DNA of 64,000 bases from an uncultured Verrucomicrobiae bacterium (GTDB taxonomy: Bacteria; Verrucomicrobiota; Verrucomicrobiia; Limisphaerales; JAFGQR01), in NCBI GenBank assembly GCA_963788655.1, contig CAWBHS010000062.1:96001-160000 (forward strand), given 5' to 3'. Below, one piece after another: positions 21,217-28,663 of this stretch. The notes beneath the pieces are model-generated. The model worked only from the letters and a program-made list of their open reading frames with translations. It was not told the origin of the DNA and did no database searches. A program made the position numbers and the translations under genes. Numbering within the stretch: the first letter of the stretch is position 1; every line of letters begins with the position of its first letter.

Positions 21217-21274
21217 TGCTACGGGTCGGGCACGCAGAGGACTGCGCGCCCGCCCCTGCGGCGAAATTGTTCAA

Positions 21275-21328
21275 GACACGAATTGCACGAATGGACACGA
21301 ATTCGTGAACATTCGTGCAATTCGTGTC
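21275..21328. repeat. REP-like palindrome between convergent genes (possible bidirectional terminator)
   Basis: Perfect 19 bp inverted repeat gacacgaattgcacgaatg / cattcgtgcaattcgtgtc. Confidence 0.8.
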
Positions 21329-21350
21329 AACTTTCTGGGCTGAGACCGGG

Positions 21351-22702
21351 TCAGAGCACCCAACCGTTGCGGTAATCGCGGTGCAGCAATTGATCGGCGC
21401 GCTTTGAGTTGCGAATGTGGCAACTGAGCGGATCGAATTCCAACACCTCGCCTGGTACCAGCGTTGCCAGGTTGGCCAGTTGCATCAGTTCGGTAAGCGG
21501 CCCGCCGATTTCGAAACCGGAGAACGTCTTGCCGTTGCCGCGGCACGCTTCGACCCATTCTTTGTGGTGGCCGGGGGAACGAGGCAATGTTTCGGGCGGA
21601 CCTCCTTTGAAGCCGTCGAATTTCTTTTCCGGCAGCAAAATGTATCGCGTGTTCCACGGATCTTCGGAGAGCAACGAGCCCTTCGAACCCACCAACAAGT
21701 CGCCCCAATCGCTCATCGGATAATCCAAGGTCAATTCTTTCGCCGGTTTTTCCTTGGCGTAAATCGTCAACTTCACCGGCGGCAACTCGCCGCGCGCCGG
21801 CAGGTCGAACATGGCGCGCATTGCGCGCGGGTAGCCTTCTTCATTGACTTCCGACGGTTTGGCTTCCACCCGAATGATCGGTGGTTGGGACGGTTTGCCA
21901 TTGGGCGGTTCCCACAATTGTTCCAGCCGCAACGCCCGGAACATGATGTTGCCGGTGTGACAGCCGAAGTCGCCGACAATCCCGCTGCCAAACGCGCGCC
22001 ATCCCCGCCAACTTGCCGGGAGATAACATGGATTGTAAGGCCGCTCGGGCGCCGGCCCCAGCCACAGATCCCAATTCAACGTGGCCGGCACGGGCGGCGT
22101 GTCGGTGGGACGTTTCAGCGGGCCGTTGCCACCATTAAACCAGACATGGGCTTCGCGGATGTCGCCCAGGACACCGCCCCAGGCCAGTTCGACCGCGCGC
22201 CGCAAGCGGCCGGAAGCCGATCCCTGGTTGCCCATCTGCGTGACCACTTTGGTTTGGCGGGCGGTTTCGCGCATGATGCGGGCTTCGCGGACGGTGCGGG
22301 TGAGCGGTTTCTCGCAGAAAACGTGTTTGCCGTGTTTCATGGCCGCCACCGCGGCTACGGCATGCGTGTGATCCGGCGTTGCCACGACGACGGCGTCAAT
22401 GTCCAGGTTCTTGTCTTCCAGCATCCGCCGGTAATCGTGGTACGCTTTGGCTTGCGAAAACTTCTTGAACGTGCCGGCCGCGCGTTGCTGATCCACGTCG
22501 CACAAGGCTACAATGTTCACCTCGCACTTGGAAATGTTGTCCAGGTCGCCCCCCCTTGGCCGCCCACGCCAATGCCGGCGACGTTTAATTTCTCATTGGC
22601 GGCATAGGCAAAGGCGGATCGGGCGTCGCGCAGCAGGAGCAGGCTCGCTCCACCCACCGCGGAATGGCGTAGGAAAGTTCGTCGAGAAATGTTGGTCTTC
22701 AT
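21351..22702 (-). CDS. Tat-exported Gfo/Idh/MocA family oxidoreductase (frameshift near 22545)
   Basis: N-terminal piece SRRTFL...IGVGGQG (22517-22717) joins NIVALCDVD...HVFCEKPL (21351-22520). Confidence 0.88.
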
Positions 22703-22970
22703 GGAATGACGGTTCACGTGTCAGGTTTTTAATTGCTGGCCAGCACGGATCGCACCCGCGAGTCGGCCACTGGGCCAGGAGTATTGAAACAGAATGATTC
22801 GAAGTTTGCTGCAAAAAGTCGAGCGCGAAGCAAAGGCGATAGCAATAGAGCAAAAGCTATCATCTGAAAGGCACATCACACGTTTTCGTGGAGCGCGGAC
22901 ATTCCTGTCCGCCTCCGAGTTTGCCGACCGCTCAAAGCGGACAAGGGTTGCAGTGCGCGGTCACCCGACT

Positions 22971-25900
22971 TCACCGTGAATTGGACTGGGTAACGCGCAG
23001 CGGCACGGCCAGTTCGCCGGTGGCCTTTCCCTCGGTGAGCAACTCGATATGAATACGCGCTTCTCGGGCGGCCGTCGATGCCGGAGCTTGCACGATACAC
23101 TCGATTTGCTGCTCCGTGATTGGCTTCAGCGTCGTCTGCCATAACCGCGGGGCCTTCACTCGGAGCGACGGAGCCGTTACTGCTTCACCGTTCAGAGTAA
23201 ACACTGCGGTCCCGCCTTCGCTGATGGTCGGCGGGGCCGATTCCAACCGCAGCGCCGAGGCTGCCAGCGCCTTCGCCAATCCGTTCTGTGCATCCGCATA
23301 GAGCAGCATCAATGGCTCGGCGGAGACCGTAAGACTGAGGCCGCCGGCCGCGCTTTGCAGCCGGGTGCGGTCGCCGTCCACGTGGACCACCTCGACGGCC
23401 AGGTTTGCCGGCAGCGGCACGCGGATGTCGGTCCTGCCCTCGTCCCGCCACAGCACTTGCAGGCAGCCGCCTCGCACATCGCGAAACAGGTACGCCTGGA
23501 CACCGTTGGGATACTGTTGCTCCTCGACGAACTTCTTGTCGCAGATCCCATTGACCAGATCGTAATACGTGATGGCATCCAGGCGCGGATTGTAGAGGTT
23601 GTATTTGCAGTCGAAGACACAATGCGAATCGCCGAACTGGCCGCGCGCCTTGCCTTGGGGATCGGGATATTGAATCGTAAACCAACTGACCGTCGAGCCT
23701 CCCGCGGCGAAGAACACGGTGAACTTCTTGATCATCTCGAGGGCCACGGCATGCCGGGTTTGCCCTTGGCTGTTCAGACCGAGTTCGGTGGAATGAATCG
23801 GTTTCACGGCGTGATATTTCTCCATCAACGCCCGGTATTCCCGGATGGTTCGGCGCACGTTCGAGTAGTGTTCGTAGATGTGGAAATCGTAGGCGTCGAG
23901 ATAGTTTTGATAGCCAGCCTTGAAATACTCTTCATTCGGTTCGACGGAGGTTCCAATGACGTGGATGGCGGGATCGAACGCTTTGACGGTTTCATAGATG
24001 GCTCGGTAGGCGCGGACGTTATCAAGAACCTTCTGGCCGGTGCCATGCGGTTCGTTGCCCATGGCGATCATGGCCAGCCCCTTGTTGGCGTATTGCTCGA
24101 GAAAGTTCTTCATTCCCTGTCGCAGCGATTCTTCGGTGTATTCCTTGAAACCGTCCCGCTCGATACTGCTGGCGGGCGTGCCGGTGATCCATTTGGCGCC
24201 CAGTTTTTGGCAACGGTCGATGCCCGGGCCCTGGGGTTGGTAAGGTGGTTTGGCGGACCATCCTCCCCAAACGCCGATCTGGCGCAGCCCCAGCCGATCA
24301 GCCAGATCGAAGTAAACGGGAATTCGGCTGTCCCAGTTGCGGATGGTGAAAGGAATCTGCTCTGGCGCGAACTGCTTGCTGATCGCCGGCGGCAGGATGG
24401 CGAAGCCCGAGTATTCCACCTCCGCCGTGTCGCCTTCCTGCGGAATTGCCACGTGCAACTCGTAATACTTGCCCACCCGAAGCCGATTGTTCGGGATCGA
24501 GATTTTCGTGGCATAAACAAATTGCTTCCCGTCACCCTTGGTTCGCTCGAGCTTGGCCTCGCCTGGCTCCAATTGCTCGGCGCCCCAATAATCCCGCACG
24601 AAATACCGCATGACCTGTTGCGCCGTCGGCAGTGGTTTGGCCGCTTCCACCGTCACTTTGAATTGGACGGGACCGCCCGGCAGAAACAGGTTGCCCACTG
24701 CCTCCGTGGCGAGTTTGATGCGCTCGACCCGCTTCTCAATGGGCCCGGTGCTCAACGGAGCCGCCGCAAGGTCGTCCAGCCAGAAGGAACCGTAGGTCTT
24801 GCGGAGTTGAACGCGGAATCTGGCCTGCGCGGCTCCCGTGGGCAGTGTCACCGTTTGCGTTGCCGTTTGCCAATCGTGTTCGCCATACCCGATTCCCACG
24901 GGAATGGTCTCCAACACCGCGCCCGCCCGATTGAAGGCTTCGAGATCAACGCTGCCGTGATACGAGTTATCCGGACTGTGCAGTTTCGCTTTCCACGCAT
25001 ACTGCACCTGCCAGGTTCCCGGACCCACGGTGAAGATCGGGCTGGCGGCCCAGGTCGCGGTCGTCAGCGCGTTCAATGAACGTTGCAAGAGCAGCGCCTG
25101 ACCCTGGCCATTGCGGCCTGGGCCGTCGGGTCGGACTGCGCCGGCGGTTTGCCAGTTGGCCAGGGATGCCGCGGCGTCGAAGGTTTCGGTGTACGCGGCT
25201 GGTTTGATTCTGGCTTCCACCACCACCTCCGCGCGCAGATCAGCGATGAGCAAATCGGGTTGCTTGCCCGCGTGCGATTCAATGTTCAACATCAGTTCCA
25301 TGAGGCGGACGGAATCGTGCCAGACGCCGTCATTGGCGCCGCCCCAATGTTCGCTGCCCGCGATCCCGGTGGGAACAATCTCGACCTCATGCCATTGGCC
25401 ATCAGCCTGAAACGGGATGTTCTTCCGCTGATGGCATTGGTCCGTGCCATCGACCAGCCGCAACGCAAACGAGGAAACGGTTTTCGAGCGCAGCTTCATG
25501 CGGATGACTTTGATGGCCTGAACGTCCAATGCGGCGAATGATTTCCGCACGCCGACATAGGCGCCGCCGCCGGTAAAATCCGCGTGCAGGCGCATGGCGT
25601 TCTGGCCGGGTTCCGGTTGATCGCGAACCAGGTCAAGACTCCCTTTGGCGCCGGCGAATTCCTGGCCCAAGTTGAAGCCCCAGTCCAATTCGCCGGCCTG
25701 GAGCATTTCATCCAGGCGAATCTCTTTGGTGAGCGCCGCCAGCCTGGTGGTGCTGGGGTGCAGCAACACGTCGCTGATCAATACGGTTCCGTTGGTGCCG
25801 AGGTTCCGGCTGAACAGAATGACGAACAACCGACCGGGCTGGTGCCACTTGCCGTCGTTCGCGCCGCTCCATTTTTCGTATTGGGTGGCAATGTCGAGCG

Positions 25901-26363
25901 CCGCCGGCGTGCCCATCGTTTTGAAATATTCCTCGACCGGCAGGACCAACTGTTGCCAGCCGCCCTTTTCGTGAATCTTGAGCCGGATCTGATGGACTTG
26001 TTCGGAACCATCCACCAGCCGGATGGTCAGTTGCTTGGCGCCAGTCGGACAGTTCACCCAAAACGAAAGCGCCTCCACGGGCGTCTCCGGCAGAACGATC
26101 GAGGCCTCGACGTAGTTGCCGCCCTGGGTAAAATCGCCGGAGAGACTCAGGACCGGGTGATCGCGAAAAGGCTCGGCCGCCAGTTCGAGTTTGCCGCGGG
26201 CACCCGGAAACTCGGGGCCATTACCGAATTTCCAACCGCCGGCTGATTGGTGGGCATCGATGAGCGAAACCGGTTGCTGCCCGAGCGCCACGCTCGCCAA
26301 CAGCGGAATGATGCAGCTTGCCAGGCAATACTTCGACCGCGTGCAAAAGGAGGATTGTGTCAT
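22971..26363 (-). CDS. Secreted glycoside hydrolase (clan GH-A, GH39/GH5-like) with three N-terminal carbohydrate-binding-like domains
   Basis: Signal peptide; two homologous WxFxxGxEFxGAxG domains plus a CBM4/9-like domain; GNEP acid/base motif, FHIY, and STELG nucleophile motif. Confidence 0.7.
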   Translation of the reverse strand: MTQSSFCTRSKYCLASCIIPLLASVALGQQPVSLIDAHQSAGGWKFGNGPEFPGARGKLELAAEPFRDHPVLSLSGDFTQGGNYVEASIVLPETPVEALSFWVNCPTGAKQLTIRLVDGSEQVHQIRLKIHEKGGWQQLVLPVEEYFKTMGTPAALDIATQYEKWSGANDGKWHQPGRLFVILFSRNLGTNGTVLISDVLLHPSTTRLAALTKEIRLDEMLQAGELDWGFNLGQEFAGAKGSLDLVRDQPEPGQNAMRLHADFTGGGAYVGVRKSFAALDVQAIKVIRMKLRSKTVSSFALRLVDGTDQCHQRKNIPFQADGQWHEVEIVPTGIAGSEHWGGANDGVWHDSVRLMELMLNIESHAGKQPDLLIADLRAEVVVEARIKPAAYTETFDAAASLANWQTAGAVRPDGPGRNGQGQALLLQRSLNALTTATWAASPIFTVGPGTWQVQYAWKAKLHSPDNSYHGSVDLEAFNRAGAVLETIPVGIGYGEHDWQTATQTVTLPTGAAQARFRVQLRKTYGSFWLDDLAAAPLSTGPIEKRVERIKLATEAVGNLFLPGGPVQFKVTVEAAKPLPTAQQVMRYFVRDYWGAEQLEPGEAKLERTKGDGKQFVYATKISIPNNRLRVGKYYELHVAIPQEGDTAEVEYSGFAILPPAISKQFAPEQIPFTIRNWDSRIPVYFDLADRLGLRQIGVWGGWSAKPPYQPQGPGIDRCQKLGAKWITGTPASSIERDGFKEYTEESLRQGMKNFLEQYANKGLAMIAMGNEPHGTGQKVLDNVRAYRAIYETVKAFDPAIHVIGTSVEPNEEYFKAGYQNYLDAYDFHIYEHYSNVRRTIREYRALMEKYHAVKPIHSTELGLNSQGQTRHAVALEMIKKFTVFFAAGGSTVSWFTIQYPDPQGKARGQFGDSHCVFDCKYNLYNPRLDAITYYDLVNGICDKKFVEEQQYPNGVQAYLFRDVRGGCLQVLWRDEGRTDIRVPLPANLAVEVVHVDGDRTRLQSAAGGLSLTVSAEPLMLLYADAQNGLAKALAASALRLESAPPTISEGGTAVFTLNGEAVTAPSLRVKAPRLWQTTLKPITEQQIECIVQAPASTAAREARIHIELLTEGKATGELAVPLRVTQSNSR

Positions 26364-26417
26364 TTCACCACCGAATTTGAAGGCGGACCGTAATCGAATC
26401 AAGGTTATTGGCTCACC

Positions 26418-26519
26418 TCACGGCACCGTGGTGGCGGTCTCGGCCTGCCGGCGCTTCAGCGCGTCCACCTCCGCTTGCAATGCGGCCAACTCGGCCACAA
26501 TCCGGCGTTGCCGCTTCAT
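26418..26519 (-). pseudogene. hsdS 3'-tail fragment copy 3 (MKRQRRIVAELAALQAEVDALKRRQAETATTVP)
   Basis: Matches the HsdS C-terminal conserved helix EQRRIVAELD.LQ.EVD.LK.LQ; its ATG overlaps the upstream gene's TGA. Confidence 0.75.
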
Positions 26520-27028
26520 GTTTGATTCTCCTTTGAATACTGCCACAAGGCGCGGTCCAGTATCCGCATTGAAGCATTGGCCTGTTGGACGAGACTGCGG
26601 CAGAATTCGGTGTATTTCTGCCAAAACTGAAAGTCGTATTGTTTGGGGACATCGTGGTTCAGAGACCACAAAGCGCGATAATCTACAATGGGATACGGGT
26701 CTGAATGGAAAAAGTGGAGAATCACGGATGCCGTGGGCCAACTGACACCCCTCAATAGCGTCAGCACCTCTATTCGTAGCTGGTCCGAAGGCGTGCTGAG
26801 TGCGCAATGCGTCACATCCCTGATAAAGTCCGCAGAGTTTGTGCGGCAGCGCGGTTGCGTGCGGGGCGACTTCCAATGGCAAATCGCGATGAATTCATCC
26901 TTGATAAGAAAGCCTCTCTGCTTGACTGCTCCAAAGACAGAAAGGGCTGCCTTATCGTCATACTCATAACGCTCTGCCCAGTGCTCAATTTCTCCAACAG
27001 GAAACCTCAATTGGAACGCTGTGCTCAT
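26516..27028 (-). CDS. Uncharacterised 170 aa protein with helix-hairpin-helix DNA-glycosylase-like motif
   Basis: LTLLRGVSWPTASVILHF...YPIVDYRA resembles the HhH motif plus downstream catalytic Asp of HhH-GPD glycosylases; lower GC than flanks. Confidence 0.6.
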   Translation of the reverse strand: MSTAFQLRFPVGEIEHWAERYEYDDKAALSVFGAVKQRGFLIKDEFIAICHWKSPRTQPRCRTNSADFIRDVTHCALSTPSDQLRIEVLTLLRGVSWPTASVILHFFHSDPYPIVDYRALWSLNHDVPKQYDFQFWQKYTEFCRSLVQQANASMRILDRALWQYSKENQT

Positions 27029-27093
27029 AGTTCTCTTTTGAAGGCGCGGTCGAGGATGGCGGAGAGGAATGCGTCCAACTCGGCGCTGATCAT
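27025..27093 (-). pseudogene. hsdS 3'-tail fragment copy 2 (MISAELDAFLSAILDRAFKREL)
   Basis: ILDRAFKxEL* is the typical HsdS C-terminus; near identical to ~27973-28030; stop overlaps ATG of the next gene. Confidence 0.8.
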
Positions 27094-27127
27094 GCGCTGC
27101 GCATAAATTGGAATTTAGGTTTTTTGT

Positions 27128-27969
27128 TCATTTAATCATCTTCCTTCTCGCATTCGATGGTTGCTTGCCCAGCTTTTTCAAAATCAGCTTGGCAAACTCA
27201 ATCGGGGTTTCGTCTTTTAGAGAGATGTGTCCGACTGTATGTGGTATGCCCGGTAATTCTGTTTCGTCGAAATATGCAGGCAAGATATATTCTTTGCTTT
27301 CTTTCAACGCTCTCGCCAGAGCTGAACGGCGTTCATGTCTCGTCCACATTTTCTTGGCGTAGGATTCTGAAACAAAAATAGCGCAATATTGGCCTGATTG
27401 CTGATACACTAAGTCGAAGTGCTCGGCCAGATCTTTTCCCCAAAGGTCTGCTTGTTCGAATCCGTCGTAGAAAACTCTTACGTCATTCGAACGAAGATAT
27501 TTCGCCACGCGCTCTACATATTTGCGGTCCTCTCCCGCGAAAGACAGCACCACGTCATAAGTCCGGTGAAGTCTCGACAGCATCGCTGTCGGAAGGTCGC
27601 CGTCCTTTACGGCCCAATGGGTGCGGTTAAACTCCCAGTTATGAATGCCAAGCCGATCAACAAATTCACGCACGACCGCCCTTGAAAAGCACCCCTCCTC
27701 ACTGAACTTGAAGGTCAATTCTTGGCGGCCGACCTTAATCTGTCGCAAGTAACCGCAACGAACGATGTCGGTGTTCGGACCTTCAGTGGTAGCCTCATAC
27801 ATCAACAAAGCAGGGACGTGCTCCAACTGCTTCAAGGAGGGGAGATTGCTTATTACTACGGACTCCGCCTCAGGGCCATCGCTGAACTCCTTGAACCTCA
27901 CCAGTTCCATCTCATCAGTTGGTCGGTTTCCCACGCCGTTGGATTCGATGTTACAAGTAAGCTAAACAT
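27128..27969 (-). CDS. TIR-domain protein with an N-terminal domain ending RTHWAVKDGDL (frameshift near 27912)
   Basis: YDVVLSFAGEDR...VFYD...LWGKDL...FVSESY...WTRHE TIR domain retaining the Glu at the catalytic position; the start MFSLLVTSNPTAWE at 27969 lies in another frame. Confidence 0.85.
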
Positions 27970-27972
27970 AGG

Positions 27973-28098
27973 TCATAGATTTCCTTTAAAGGCGCGGTCG
28001 AGGATGGCGGGCAGCAACGGATCCAACTCGGTGGCGGTTTCGGCTTGCAGACGCTTGAGCGCGTCCCCCTCCATTTGCAGATCATGTAGTCCTTTCAT
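27973..28098 (-). pseudogene. hsdS 3'-tail fragment copy 1 (MKGLHDLQMEGDALKRLQAETATELDPLLPAILDRAFKGNL)
   Basis: 41 aa mini-ORF matching the HsdS C-terminal coiled coil; shares DNA segments with both other copies. Confidence 0.8.
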
Positions 28099-28206
28099 TT
28101 AGTAAAAGGCCCTCGTGCTATTTGCTTTCCGCACGAGTGAACGCCGAAGGCTGAAGGCTGAAGTTCTCCCGTCTCGTGTCACCAGTCTGTTTTCAGCATT
28201 TAGCAT

Positions 28207-28410
28207 TTATCCTTTAGCCTTGTGTCCGCAGGAAATTGGCGTTGCACGCAGCCCACCGACTTCAGCGGCAGGAATCCAGACTGCTTTCCCGTTGCGCCAT
28301 CCGGCGAGCGGCCTTGACTGCCGCCGGTGTTCTTCCACGACCTTGGCCACGGCGCCACTCAACGCCTGCATGGCCTTCTGAGTCAGAGATGATTTGTTTG
28401 ATTTCTTCAT
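28207..28410 (-). CDS. Small basic protein (67 aa), resembles small partners of zeta-toxin-like ATPases
   Basis: KAMQALSGAVAKVVEEHRRQSRPLAGWRNGKAVWIP pattern; family assignment is from recollection only. Confidence 0.5.
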   Translation of the reverse strand: MKKSNKSSLTQKAMQALSGAVAKVVEEHRRQSRPLAGWRNGKAVWIPAAEVGGLRATPISCGHKAKG

Positions 28411-28663
28411 GGCGCAAACTCACGCCGCAATTGTTCGTTCTTCCTTCGATTGCTGCCCAGATATGCCTGATTCTGTTGGCCATTCAAGCCTATTCGAAAT
28501 TACCAAACCCTGGCGCAGCGAGCCTGTTTGCCTGCCGGGAGTGCAGAGCGCCAGGACAAGTCTCCCCGCGTGGGCAAACGGGCGGCCAGCCAGCAGGATT
28601 TGTGGCGCACCAGGGTTCATCATTGTCAATTAGTTGCCTCGTTCGTAGCTTGAAAAACGAACA

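Noticed and set aside
26418..28098. Island as an integron or an hsdS shufflon
   Set aside because: No integrase or invertase, no attC-like palindromes recognised, repeats are direct rather than inverted, and no target-recognition domains are present.
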